Positions 10,001-18,372 of a stretch of DNA of 55,205 nucleotides are shown piece after piece (within the stretch, counting starts at the first letter, position 1; each line of letters opens with the position of its first letter). The DNA comes from a virus (taxonomy: Duplodnaviria > Caudoviricetes), in IMG/VR virus record IMGVR_UViG_3300031974_005644, positions 1 to 55,205 of that record; one strand, written 5' to 3'. Under the pieces are notes generated by a model. The model saw only the letters and a list, made by a program, of their open reading frames with translations. It made no database searches and was not told where the DNA came from. Made by a program: the position numbers and the translations under genes.

Positions 10001-13000
10001 GACGTTGAACTGCATCTTCGGCTTGGCCGGGCCGTCACCAGCCAGCTTCTCGACAACGCGGGGCACTACGCCCTCGACGTCACCAAAGCCCTGAAACCAC
10101 GAACGCTTGCCGTCAATCTCAACCAGTACCGCCGGTTGGCTTTCGCGCTCGCCGTCGACGTAGCTATATGCCTCCGGGGCTTCAACCACGCCACCGATGC
10201 GCGGCCACTGGGAGCGTTCAATCTTCTCCAGCAGGCGAACCTTGGCAAACCAGTTTCCTAGCGTCGGCGTTTCCGCAATCAGCGCGTCAACCTTCTCGCG
10301 GCCAACGCCCTGTACGGCCTTGGCCATGCCGCGCATCTGCTGCACGGTGGCGACCCAGCGCTTCAGCTTGTAGCCCTTGCGGGGCTTGGCGGGGATTTCT
10401 TCGCGGGCGGCCGTCAGCAGCGCGGCAATGAACTTGTCCTCAACCGCGTCAATCTCGGTCTTCGGCCAAATCTTGCTCAGCGGCTGGCTGGCAATGTCTT
10501 CATCCGTCAGCTCACGGCTCAGTGACGGCGCGTCATCCTTGCGGGCGCCGCCCAGCTTCTCGCCGAAATCGTCCAAGCGGTTGGCGGATGGCGAGCTTTC
10601 GAGGCGAGGTGCACTCTCAGGGCCAGGCGGGGCATCCGATTGCGTAGACGGCGGCGAGATACCCGCGCGCTGTTCACCGGAGCCGCTTGCTCCCTCAACA
10701 ACCCGCCCCTCCAGCTCAGCCGTGAACACCCGCCGCGCATCGTCATCAAACGGCACGCCAAAGCGCTCGGCTGTGGCCTGCGGGAACTGGGCAACCGCAT
10801 CGGCAACCGCTTCGCGCGCCTTCGCCTTGCCGAACGGCAACTTCACCCCGGTTTCGCGCTCAAGCGCACGCGCGGCGGCCTGCACGTCGGCACCCTTCAT
10901 CGCGTCAATGCGGGCCTGCACCTGGCTAGTCAGCAATGCGCGAGCCTGTGATACGTCGGACTGGGTGACTTGCGGCGCGGAAGTGGCGCTTTCAGACGCC
11001 GCAGACGTTGCAGCCACGGGCGTTTCGGCTTTGCTCCCCTCGTCCATGCGGGGAGCAAAAATGTCCCCCTGTCCGCGCGCAGTCCCGACGTCTGCCTGCC
11101 GGTCGCTACCAGTCAGCGTGAAGTCGCCGGCCTCACGCTCCGACTGCGCCCGCATCTCGGCTTGTTGGCGCTGCTTCTGCTTCTGGGCCTCGGCCTGGGC
11201 CACGCGCGCTTCATCCTTCTGGCGCGACGCCTCGGTCTGCTGTGCCAAAGAAAAGGCCCCGGTGTCGGGGCCTTGAGTTACTTCGGTTTGGCTGGCGGCG
11301 GGCTCGCCGGTTGCGACTGCTTGGCCGCTGCCTCGCGCATCCGCTTCGCGTCCCGCACCGCTTGCAGCAACCTGATCGGCCTGCCGCGCAGCTTCTGCTC
11401 TTCCATCAATGATCTCCTGAACGGCGCGCATGAAGGCCGCATCATCATTCTCAAACTGTCGGGCCGCCATTTCAACTGCGGCTTCATCTACCTCGTTTGC
11501 CTGCTCGACCAGAGCGTAGTCAATCACGTCCGGCTTGTTGTCGCCGGACAGGTCCCGGCCGGTAAGCGCCAGCGCATCGACTGCGTCAACGCCCAGCTCA
11601 TCCGCTGCATCCTGCGCGGTCATGGCCTCGTCGTTGCGCAGCGCAATCCAGCGGTCACGCGCCTCGATGCTCAGCACCGGCTCGCTCTTCGTGATGGCGT
11701 TGTAAATCAGGTCGCGCGCGGCCTGCACGCCGCCGTCGACATCGTTGAAGTCGGTCTCGCTGATGAAGCCGGCGTTGTAAAGGTCGGTGGCGACATCATC
11801 AATCGTGCGGCCACCCTTGCGGAACAGGCCAGGCGCCATTCGGGCGGCCGTACGTGGTTGCTCGCGAGTGATGTCCGTGCGCTCGCCGATGTCGATGCCG
11901 GTGCCGCGTAGCATCTTCATCAAGTAGCGGCGCTCGTTGGCCTCGATGTCCTCGGCCGTTTCGGGTTTTGGTGCCTTGGAACGAGAAACCCCGCCGGTGG
12001 GCGGGGTCGTCAGTGCAGGCGCTGGCTCGGGCCGGGGCTGTGCCAAAGGTGCAGGCGTTCGCATGCCGGGTGCAGGCATTCCGGCATCAGCACCTCCGTC
12101 TCCGTCGGCACGTCCTTCGTCAGCCGGTACAGCGCGTGCGCCTCCCAGCGTTTGATCACCCGGCTGCCCATTGCTTGCCGCAGCCACTTCGGCAGGACTG
12201 ATTTCGCCACTCGGCGTCTCCTTTTCCAGCAGGGTTTTGATTTCGGCAGTGACCGCGGCGTCCGCATTCTGATCGGCGCGCCACTCGGCAAACTCTTCGG
12301 GCGCCGTGAAGGCACGCTCAACGCCGGGGGCGGTCCAGTACGGCGTACCGTCCTCATCCGTCTGCTGAGTGAGGGTGACGCCTTCCACCACCACTGGCTT
12401 TGCGGGCTCTGCCTTTGGCGCCACCGGCGGTGCGGCCTTCTTCTTGCCGCTGCGAATGTCCATGTACTCGCGCAAGCTCATGCGCGGCTTTGTGGGTTCG
12501 GGCTTCAGGGGCTCGCCTGTGCCGATATTGCCTGCTGCGCCGATGGGACCACCCAGTGCAGCACCCGCAACGGCGCCAGCACCGGCCTGAGCCATCACAC
12601 CACGCATGGAATCACGCTCAGGGTCTGCGCCAGAGTCGATTGCCGCGCGGTTCTGCGCAAAGGCGTCGCCGCCCTCCTGGATGAACTCTTCTCCGGTCTG
12701 TGCGCCGACACCACGGGCGACGGCGCTTGGAACGCTGCGCGCGACCGTTTCAGGGACGATCCCGCGCGTCGCGATCTTTCCGATCTGCGAAGACGCCCCC
12801 GTCAATCGGCCAGCGACAGCGGTGATTCCGGCCGATAGCTGGGCAGCGGTATCCATGGCGCTGGACTTCATCATCCGCCGCGCCTCAACGGCACCGACTT
12901 GCGGCATCAGGCTTGCGAAGCGCGGCGATACTGCCGCCAATTCCTCGTCGGATACGTCGTCAATGGCCGCAGCGGCCTCGTCGGCGCTCATGTTGGCGGC

Positions 13001-14080
13001 GATAGTGGCTTCGGCCCCTGCAACCGCACCCGTTGCCTTAACAGCGGTTCGCTTGGCGGCGATCAGCGCGGCAGCTCGCGGATTAAATCCTGCTCTCACA
13101 TGAAGGTCATACGTCTTCTTGAACAGCGGTGCCGCCGCTGCGCGCGCAAAACCCCCAGCCACGAACATATCTGGGACCGTCTCTGCCACGGTGACTGCCA
13201 ACGCGCGCGGGTTGTTGGTCATGGCGGACGCACCCGCCCAAACCTGATTCACCATATCCAACAGGCTGCCGCTGCCATCGGCGGCCGCATCCATGGCGGC
13301 GCTCACGACCTGCTGCTGCTCTTGGGTTTCCAGCGACAGGTTGCGACTCACTGCGTCCTGAATGGCGCGGCGACCGCGCACATAGGTGTCCTGCAGCGCC
13401 TGCTGATCCTTGATCGGCTTGATCTGCTCAGCCACCCACCCAGCGCCCGGAATGCCCAAGGCGTCGTATGCGCGGAAGCCCCCTCGCACACCTCGGGCAG
13501 CAAGATCGGCGGTGCCCACGGCAAGGTCAGCGGGCAGCATGGCGGCACGCGCGCCCAGCGACATCGCCGCATCAGTCGCCAGATTGCCCGACGCAGGCCG
13601 CTCCCTGTCAGGGGATGCCTTACCGAACGCCCCTCGCAGGACGTCTTCAGATACATCGGGCGCGGCCGGTTCTGGCTGGGCACGGGCAATGGTCTGCGGA
13701 GCGGCAGTGCTCTGGTCGAATCCGGCCGACATCGGGAAGGCCTGGCCGTTCTTGATGACCGCCTGTCGACCCTGAGCGTCGTTCTGGATCTCGCCGGGTT
13801 GCACATCGTCGAGCAAGTCGGCGCGCAGTGGAACCGGCAAGCGCGAACGCGTCGGCGCCTCGGCGTACCCGGCATCGCCCATCAGCTCGACCGCCTTCGG
13901 GTTGCGTTTGTCCTCGGGCCGGTAGCTATCCCAGCGCTTGAGGGCTGTTCCCAGCTTCTCCGGCGGAATCCTCGGTGCCAGCACCTTCTCGAAGTAGTTG
14001 TTGCGCACACGCGCCCGCTCATCTGGCGGCAAGCGCTGAAAACCATCGGACTCAACCAGGCGATCCCATTGAGCAGACAT
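4064..14080 (-). CDS. giant polyvalent virion/ejection protein (LPD5-, LPD1/zincin-, ART-PolyVal-, second zincin-, LPD3- and LPD38-like regions)
   Basis: 3338 aa; motifs DFGEKLGGARKD, FGFRGVEFGNW...AHEWFHALDNY, FKRWFGDSKVVDADGKPLVVYHGS...GYDGVII...EQVKSATGNRGTFD, GHEFTH; last gene of the ejection cluster. Confidence 0.85.
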   Translation of the reverse strand: MSAQWDRLVESDGFQRLPPDERARVRNNYFEKVLAPRIPPEKLGTALKRWDSYRPEDKRNPKAVELMGDAGYAEAPTRSRLPVPLRADLLDDVQPGEIQNDAQGRQAVIKNGQAFPMSAGFDQSTAAPQTIARAQPEPAAPDVSEDVLRGAFGKASPDRERPASGNLATDAAMSLGARAAMLPADLAVGTADLAARGVRGGFRAYDALGIPGAGWVAEQIKPIKDQQALQDTYVRGRRAIQDAVSRNLSLETQEQQQVVSAAMDAAADGSGSLLDMVNQVWAGASAMTNNPRALAVTVAETVPDMFVAGGFARAAAAPLFKKTYDLHVRAGFNPRAAALIAAKRTAVKATGAVAGAEATIAANMSADEAAAAIDDVSDEELAAVSPRFASLMPQVGAVEARRMMKSSAMDTAAQLSAGITAVAGRLTGASSQIGKIATRGIVPETVARSVPSAVARGVGAQTGEEFIQEGGDAFAQNRAAIDSGADPERDSMRGVMAQAGAGAVAGAALGGPIGAAGNIGTGEPLKPEPTKPRMSLREYMDIRSGKKKAAPPVAPKAEPAKPVVVEGVTLTQQTDEDGTPYWTAPGVERAFTAPEEFAEWRADQNADAAVTAEIKTLLEKETPSGEISPAEVAAASNGQPGDQTLGGARAVPADEGRADGDGGADAGMPAPGMRTPAPLAQPRPEPAPALTTPPTGGVSRSKAPKPETAEDIEANERRYLMKMLRGTGIDIGERTDITREQPRTAARMAPGLFRKGGRTIDDVATDLYNAGFISETDFNDVDGGVQAARDLIYNAITKSEPVLSIEARDRWIALRNDEAMTAQDAADELGVDAVDALALTGRDLSGDNKPDVIDYALVEQANEVDEAAVEMAARQFENDDAAFMRAVQEIIDGRAEAARQADQVAASGAGREADARGSGQAVATGEPAASQTEVTQGPDTGAFSLAQQTEASRQKDEARVAQAEAQKQKQRQQAEMRAQSEREAGDFTLTGSDRQADVGTARGQGDIFAPRMDEGSKAETPVAATSAASESATSAPQVTQSDVSQARALLTSQVQARIDAMKGADVQAAARALERETGVKLPFGKAKAREAVADAVAQFPQATAERFGVPFDDDARRVFTAELEGRVVEGASGSGEQRAGISPPSTQSDAPPGPESAPRLESSPSANRLDDFGEKLGGARKDDAPSLSRELTDEDIASQPLSKIWPKTEIDAVEDKFIAALLTAAREEIPAKPRKGYKLKRWVATVQQMRGMAKAVQGVGREKVDALIAETPTLGNWFAKVRLLEKIERSQWPRIGGVVEAPEAYSYVDGERESQPAVLVEIDGKRSWFQGFGDVEGVVPRVVEKLAGDGPAKPKMQFNVYTRRSDGVVFITKKGDKEKRVLREFQTPKQAFTFISENYDELVSEWEGVKDRDNVRKSDVRRSENRPRTGADRRNGRDADEAMFTEAFGFRGVEFGNWLQQGTGQKDRQGMLNEVYDALMDLSDVVGVPPRAMSLGGTLGLGLGSRGKGGKAAAHFEPDTLVINLTKTKGAGSLAHEWFHALDNYFARKRVGGDGAQGANFITYKPEPLMVRKDRSRLFPPMTRGQLLAKRRALGDQTDNFNDDKWERDPSAPQGVRPEVEERFADLVEALNESPMAARARLLDSDKKAYWSQIIERGARSFENYVISKMMEKGYQNDFLANVVALEAFTRDKGRYPYLMPEEVAPVAQAFDALFETIETQQDGDNVVLFSRDGQSAADQTQTAEFKRWFGDSKVVDADGKPLVVYHGSPNAGFTVFDEDRAGSNTQNARAGFFFTESKKNAETYSGRSTEAKLRDDFDPDYDGEAGVYPVYLSIHDPLEVDFGGRNWDGALEGEYDGHESVPEIVDQAKAAGYDGVIIRNVTDEGRFGQGYHWGNETYVAFRPEQVKSATGNRGTFDPADPDISRLQSGTVPASNRPDAPEWDRGQVEKLNAILARQAGQDVPLRAVEPPRAMRGLSETMETLLGRKAVFFESSDTRAPAGVYVSGGVLFVNADAKQPLRHVLGHEFTHSLEGPAAELHAILKARILEMAKEGAFPAYEARLEKVYQRDGLPALSRAKVENEFVADVMGSIMSDPKVLFDLKQRMEPNAFKRLMNRLRFWIEKMMSRLRREDMRQSQFAQRTMRDLQSVKTLVADVLQATAEGQLRPAMRDAAMSGQPLFARQAEPDSLTRAKMLTSMTPISVETPASLGEAAADYRQVVGRSVKTADGNQVQIVNRALRKMRSHSADPRMRAVIGSVGELLPAARLLWSQPVRSKPDDSTAAFHHFGVRARISGEPVFVRYVVRENVNGDMLYDGDAIIEAQKIPEASQLTAPMAAPRSPEDSQSIAQWLESVNAGRIGTSEQARAKVSNERAGQDADGVRDRIVAARNEAGERRNPTDDRPRQGESDVTQNPPDGGFSDSGADVKFSRQDQTSTDPDDISTLLPPNWGGWGIWHRKVRADNRRALNHNLYPWFINRFSEVERAVKFLKGKGVAIPDERDPGSLEKTFYGRTQTRLDDLKDTTKALFKVMNKAGVSFKQASDYLYALHAQERNAAIAERNSMFPDGGSGMTNRQAKKILAEVAALPQEQRDALAEVSRVVQAINRQKLNLMREAGLISAQQYQDLTTGYQHYVPLKSVVDPEEQGQGTGNGFDQRSTVIREAFGRASRAEDPLAVALLDAQKTFVRAEKNRVGRAVYNLILETSGNEGLISGPAGDYWRVMTPAEYPKMARTVKVPVVDPKTGKPQMDGKGRMVTKDDVQYVPSINDLYRRDEIFMARVDGALVVMEFQNKRLAKQLKNMAGEQLSWVLKGIGAATRLFGRTLTMYNPEFALPNFVRDVQTAFLNAFGADMKDPKGFAFDVMKNLRAGLVGAVRGKDKGWVIEGSPLYREFLESGGTTGAYGLTGVDDIKAEFQRLVDQQRKGVPNIAVQGVKGGVSGFFNMLERYNEIFENTTRLAIYKAARDRGLSKQESARLAKDTTVNFNQKGELQWPSAFYVFFNAAMQGNFAMLKAAARSKWTRRAMLGLMVAGLVESLLEGDDEEGEPLGDAAGKWSLGRELTAFIDEDTFIKWPIAYGYNVPYAMGRMVGRAVRGNASPAEAVGVSLSAFMTSFMPTDTLIPSVAEPFLNVANNETSFGSTIYRRSFGDDTYDPVAYRDYEEKALTGLMQTLHGMMGGTRFGPNWVKEAWNVDPLSASGAEALVKGYVGPQWRLVEGMVTVLAGDGPTHRNDVPVVRRFVNERSEYFYDSRFSDIARQADAALKTIKSMEDSDEPYADQFTKKQEDAIDEVLWIAKEDRKARRDIEDAPDDATKAKWEAERDAEVRAGIRIWNDAFGR

Positions 14081-14083
14081 TGA

Positions 14084-15346
14084 TTACCTCATCAGGTATT
14101 GCAGGAGGACTTCTTCATCGGCGCCTCGGGTACCTTGCGGTGCATTTGAGTCGTCCGGATAAAGTTGATTGGCAATTTCCTGAGCCTCAAGCGGGGTGTA
14201 CATCGGAACGGTTGTGCCCCTCCTTTCTCCGGGCTTCGTCGGCTTCATCAGGGCCAGAATCACCGCATCCCGCCGCTCTTGCACCGTCTTACCCTTGCCC
14301 GCCCCCTTGAACTCTTGGTAAGTCGCCATCGCCAAGCGCTTGCGCTTCTCTGGGTTCGGTTCGTCCTTGTGCATGTCCATGGCGAAGGTGTAGAGCTGCT
14401 GATCAACGCCGCCACGCGATGCGGTAGCGCGGTCGCTCTCGCGCCTTGCATCGGCGGCTACTTGGGCGGATAGCAAGCCGATGTCTGGGCCGCGAGCGAT
14501 TTCACCAAGGTTGTTGCCTCGCGAGTCGAAGCGAGCCATGACGTTGTCGGTACCGTCTTGGAACTTCACGATCTCGACTTTTTCCGGCTCAGGCAGCTTC
14601 CCACCCAATCGAGCCATGTACGACTGAATCGCCGGTGGGCTCTGCTGAATGCCCCTTAGAATTAATCGGTCAGCCGTGACAAGATCCATGATCCTGTCCA
14701 GCGGGATGATCTTCACTGGGTCGTCATCGTTTGACGTGCGGTTCTCGGTGGCCGGCGCGAGATAGGTCACCTTCTTGCCGTCTGGCGTTTCTGCCGTGAT
14801 GTTCAAACCAACGGCCACCCCAGATTGATCAGGCGCCCAATCAATGCGGGCGACCTGTTTGTCGACGATCTTGCTGCCCTTCGGCAGCATCACATCGCGA
14901 GTGACCTGCCTGTCCGATTCAAATACTTCACCAACACCCTTGGTTACCTCGTCACGGATGCGCCAATCAAACAACTCGCGAGTTCTATCGTCCACAACAC
15001 CCGTTTTGGTGGCCTTCTCTGCAACATCGACCCACTCCTGCATCTTGGGATCGCCATACATGGGGAGCTTTACGCCAACTCTGGAAAGGTCTCGGTTAAT
15101 GGCCTCCACCTCTCCATAGTCAACTTCCAATCCGCCTTTCACGGCCACATCAAGCGCATTGAAGCGGTTCAGCGCATCAGCCTTCACCTGGTCGGTGTCG
15201 GCCCGCTTCCAGTCCTGCCGCTGGCGCTGGCGCAGTTCGCCGGTCCATTCCTTCTCGTCCTTGCGGGCCTTGATGCGCTCGCCGGTCTCGAAGCCTTGAA
15301 GGAAGGAATTCAAGCCGGTGTTGAGGGACAGCCCTTGGTTTCTCAC
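14084..15346 (-). CDS. internal virion / DNA-ejection protein
   Basis: Position before the giant gene; GTG start overlapping the upstream TGA; SFLQGF N-terminal motif and helical composition. Confidence 0.65.
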   Translation of the reverse strand: MRNQGLSLNTGLNSFLQGFETGERIKARKDEKEWTGELRQRQRQDWKRADTDQVKADALNRFNALDVAVKGGLEVDYGEVEAINRDLSRVGVKLPMYGDPKMQEWVDVAEKATKTGVVDDRTRELFDWRIRDEVTKGVGEVFESDRQVTRDVMLPKGSKIVDKQVARIDWAPDQSGVAVGLNITAETPDGKKVTYLAPATENRTSNDDDPVKIIPLDRIMDLVTADRLILRGIQQSPPAIQSYMARLGGKLPEPEKVEIVKFQDGTDNVMARFDSRGNNLGEIARGPDIGLLSAQVAADARRESDRATASRGGVDQQLYTFAMDMHKDEPNPEKRKRLAMATYQEFKGAGKGKTVQERRDAVILALMKPTKPGERRGTTVPMYTPLEAQEIANQLYPDDSNAPQGTRGADEEVLLQYLMR

Positions 15347-15594
15347 AGAATGCTCCCGAGCAAGCCGATACCGGCGCCGATGGCGGCGCCCCATGGGCCA
15401 CCGACCGATGTCCCGGCGGCGATGGAAGCGCCAAGGCCTGCCCCGGCGGCCACATTGCTGATCGTGGCCTGCTTCATTTGGGCGCCGATCTGCTCGTTCG
15501 TGATCTTCCGCTGCTGCTGGGTGCGCGCGACCTCCTGCAAGCTGCCTCGCGCCAGGTCTTTGTAGGCCTGCCCGGTTCCAATCAATCCCGCCAT
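15343..15594 (-). CDS. small Gly-zipper virion (ejection) protein
   Basis: C-terminal GAGLGA...GGPWGAAIGAGIGLLG membrane-active motif. Confidence 0.7.
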   Translation of the reverse strand: MAGLIGTGQAYKDLARGSLQEVARTQQQRKITNEQIGAQMKQATISNVAAGAGLGASIAAGTSVGGPWGAAIGAGIGLLGSIL

Positions 15595-15595
15595 G

Positions 15596-16063
15596 TCACC
15601 CTCCCAGGCGCTGGTTCAGCGCCGATTGCGGCTGCACGCCGCTGGTCATCAGTTCCGCGTCACGGTTGTAGATACGCCGACCGGTGCGGTTGATCGCCTC
15701 GATCTCCGAAAGGCCTCGGGCGAACTGGCTGCGTCGCTGCTGATTCGCTTGGTTCTGCTGCGGCAGGCCGTAGCTGCGCATGCGGTCAGCGAGGCCCGCC
15801 TGCGCCAGATCGAACGACTTGTTGACCTCCCCGATTGCCCCGATTTGGGCGTCACGGACCTGCGTCCCGTTCCGGTACGAGCCGATCAGTTCGTTCTCGA
15901 CCGGCGTTGCGCGACGGATCAGGTTTTCGTAGTCCGATCGGTACAGCCTTGCGAGGGTGTTTTCGGCGCTGTTCTGCCTGTTGAGCAGGGCCTGCTGCAG
16001 AAGGCGGCTTATTGCGCCGCGGCCTTGACCGGCGCCAGTGGTGGGTTCGTGTCGTCCGCCCAT
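15596..16063 (-). CDS. internal virion protein
   Basis: Coupled ORF with SD in the ejection cluster. Confidence 0.6.
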   Translation of the reverse strand: MGGRHEPTTGAGQGRGAISRLLQQALLNRQNSAENTLARLYRSDYENLIRRATPVENELIGSYRNGTQVRDAQIGAIGEVNKSFDLAQAGLADRMRSYGLPQQNQANQQRRSQFARGLSEIEAINRTGRRIYNRDAELMTSGVQPQSALNQRLGG

Positions 16064-16074
16064 GTGGTTTCTCC

Positions 16075-16677
16075 TTAAATGCCGGGGTCAAGTTCGGGGC
16101 CAAGTCGGCCACCAATGGCAAAGTCCGCCGAGCTGGGCTGCCGGTTTACGTAGGCATTGGCGCCAAGGCCGGCGGCGGTGAGTGCGGCGCCTTGCAGGCC
16201 CAGCCGGTTTTGTGCCGATGTGATGGCGTCGCTGCGGGCCTGCTGCGTGCTCAGGTTGGCAACGCCAGAAAGCCCCCGAACTGCCTGCGACTTATCGCCG
16301 CGCAGCACGCCAGAAATGGCGCCCAGGTTCGCCAGCCGGGTGTCATCCACGGCCTGCCGGGTGTCGACGGCATTCAGGCCGCCGGACATGCCCTCATCAA
16401 TCGCCAGACTGCCCAGGGCGTCTTCAACCCGGCCGCCTCGCCGCGCCGTGGCGGTGGCCACCTCTGGCGCCACCTCTGAGAATGCGCGGGCCGTCTCGGC
16501 TGAACTCAGGTTCATGGCGGTCTGCCCGGCGTCCGGGTCCAGCGTGTCGCCGATGTACCGATCCAGCAGCGGACCCCATCGGGTCTCGTAGTCCTTGCCC
16601 ATCTCTTCCGCGATACGCGCGAACTCGCGCTGATCTTCGGTTTCCTGAATCTTGTTGCTGCCGCCGCCTTTGCCCAT
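16075..16677 (-). CDS. internal virion (ejection) protein
   Basis: MGKGGGS start typical of podovirus ejection proteins; Ala/Gly/Gln-rich. Confidence 0.65.
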   Translation of the reverse strand: MGKGGGSNKIQETEDQREFARIAEEMGKDYETRWGPLLDRYIGDTLDPDAGQTAMNLSSAETARAFSEVAPEVATATARRGGRVEDALGSLAIDEGMSGGLNAVDTRQAVDDTRLANLGAISGVLRGDKSQAVRGLSGVANLSTQQARSDAITSAQNRLGLQGAALTAAGLGANAYVNRQPSSADFAIGGRLGPELDPGI

Positions 16678-16679
16678 GG

Positions 16680-17063
16680 TTAAATCTCCAGCTCGTAAGT
16701 GGTTGCCTTGGTCTTCCACGTCCCGGCAAGGCGCCGTTCCCAGCCGCGACGCTGGGATTCCATCGTCAGGCTCACGGCGTTGCCAGACTTGGCAATCTCG
16801 ATCAGTTGCGATTGGTAGCGCTCCACGGCATCACCGCCATCGCAATACATGGCCCACACCAGGCATTTCTTCACGCCTTTGTAGGGGTCCACGTAGGGGC
16901 GCAGCACCACCCAGCAGTCATCGCTCACGTAGAGCGAGGCCCGACCGTATCGGCAGGCGGCGTACAGCTCTTCAACCGGCTCGTCGTCACCGGCAATGTC
17001 GATGGCCTGCTGCTTGATGCGGGGCCAGCACAGGCGAATGTCAGCGGGCTGAAGCTGCATCAT
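16680..17063 (-). CDS. conserved podovirus protein (GNAT-like, tail/ejection cluster)
   Basis: Position; C-terminal S-x-R-x-GW-x-R motif. Confidence 0.55.
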   Translation of the reverse strand: MMQLQPADIRLCWPRIKQQAIDIAGDDEPVEELYAACRYGRASLYVSDDCWVVLRPYVDPYKGVKKCLVWAMYCDGGDAVERYQSQLIEIAKSGNAVSLTMESQRRGWERRLAGTWKTKATTYELEI

Positions 17064-17398
17064 TGGAACCTCACGCCGTCGGCGAACACGCTGATGGCCG
17101 AAGCCACGTCAGACACGGCGCGGATGCGGTCTCCGCCTGCCAGCGTTCTCAGCATCCCGGACAGGCTCACCGGCACCCCATCTCCGGGGATGGGCACATT
17201 GATATAGACCCGGTGCTGATTCGCGTCGCTGGTTGCAGCCGCCGGACGCACTCGCAACGTAAGCGTCGCCGGGCTACCGGACTGATTGATCGCCTCAAAA
17301 CGATCGATGCGAACCCGCAGTCCAGGGGCGGTGTAGAGGTCGCCAAGCGAATTGCTGACCAACGCGCCCTGCAGTAGCGGAATGAACGTCGCGCTCAT
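17060..17398 (-). CDS. small beta-rich virion protein
   Basis: LYTAP...N...LAGGDRI pattern; coupled to its neighbours. Confidence 0.6.
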   Translation of the reverse strand: MSATFIPLLQGALVSNSLGDLYTAPGLRVRIDRFEAINQSGSPATLTLRVRPAAATSDANQHRVYINVPIPGDGVPVSLSGMLRTLAGGDRIRAVSDVASAISVFADGVRFQ

Positions 17399-18372
17399 GT
17401 CTTGATAATCCAGTAGACGGCAATGGAAAGAGGCCTGATGTCCGTGGGGTCGGCCAGCGCTTCGCCGGTCTCCCCGCTGACGCTGTGCGTGTGCGAGCCC
17501 GCATCGGCCGTATTGCCACTCACGGTGTGCGCGTGGGCGCCGGCAGACTCCGCGGCGCCCGTGGTGGGGTGCGTGTGATTCCCCGCTGAAGCGGCGTCAC
17601 CTGAGTGCTGGTGGAAGTCGGACGCCACATTGGTGCCAGTGCCAGATTGGACCTCAACTACGCCCGGCGGCGGACCCGGCGGAAACCCCGTGGGGAAGCC
17701 GACGCCCGTTGTATGGGTGTGCGCGCCGGCGGACTCAGCCGTGCCCGAAACAGAATGCGTGTGCGCTCCGGCAGACGCGCCGGTCAGGGTGCCGCTTGCA
17801 TGGTTGTGCACACCGGCCGCAGCCGCAGCAAGCGTCCCCGTCCCATGAGCGTGCGCAAGGTCAATCTCATTCGCGCCTACCTCTTCGCCAACATTCAGCC
17901 CGGGTCCGGCGCCGATGGGGTAAAAACCCTCGCCGGGCGGCAACTGGAACGTCGTAACCCCATCACCGCCCCAGGTCGTGCCGATGACTGCAAACAGGTC
18001 GGGATAGTCCTCGATGTCAAGCGTCGAGCCGTCCTCGATCAGAAAGCCGTCGGGCACGTTGCCGGCCGGGCATGGCCACTTCAATGACGCACCGGTTGGG
18101 ATGCCTTGCGGTGGCGCTGCGGGGGTCATAGGCGGGTACGGCGCCAACAGCAATTCAGTCAGCGACTGATCGACTGGCGAGGGGCCACCACCACCCTGGC
18201 TGGGCGCCGAAGGCTGCCGCACCACCACCACACTCTGCTCAACCGGGCGAACGGCAGCGGCCATCCCAGCCATTGCCTTATCCACCGCCTCAACCCGCTG
18301 CTTCAGCGCATCCAGAATGCGGCGCAGGTTTCGATCCGGAACATTGATGGACGGGATCGAAGGGCCGGTCAT
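17395..18372 (-). CDS. tail fibre with tail-collar domain and HxH-repeat needle
   Basis: VPDGFLIEDGS...YPDLFAVIGTTWGGDGVTTFQLP collar motif; eight HxH motifs; C-terminal DIRP...WIIKT. Confidence 0.85.
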   Translation of the reverse strand: MTGPSIPSINVPDRNLRRILDALKQRVEAVDKAMAGMAAAVRPVEQSVVVVRQPSAPSQGGGGPSPVDQSLTELLLAPYPPMTPAAPPQGIPTGASLKWPCPAGNVPDGFLIEDGSTLDIEDYPDLFAVIGTTWGGDGVTTFQLPPGEGFYPIGAGPGLNVGEEVGANEIDLAHAHGTGTLAAAAAGVHNHASGTLTGASAGAHTHSVSGTAESAGAHTHTTGVGFPTGFPPGPPPGVVEVQSGTGTNVASDFHQHSGDAASAGNHTHPTTGAAESAGAHAHTVSGNTADAGSHTHSVSGETGEALADPTDIRPLSIAVYWIIKT

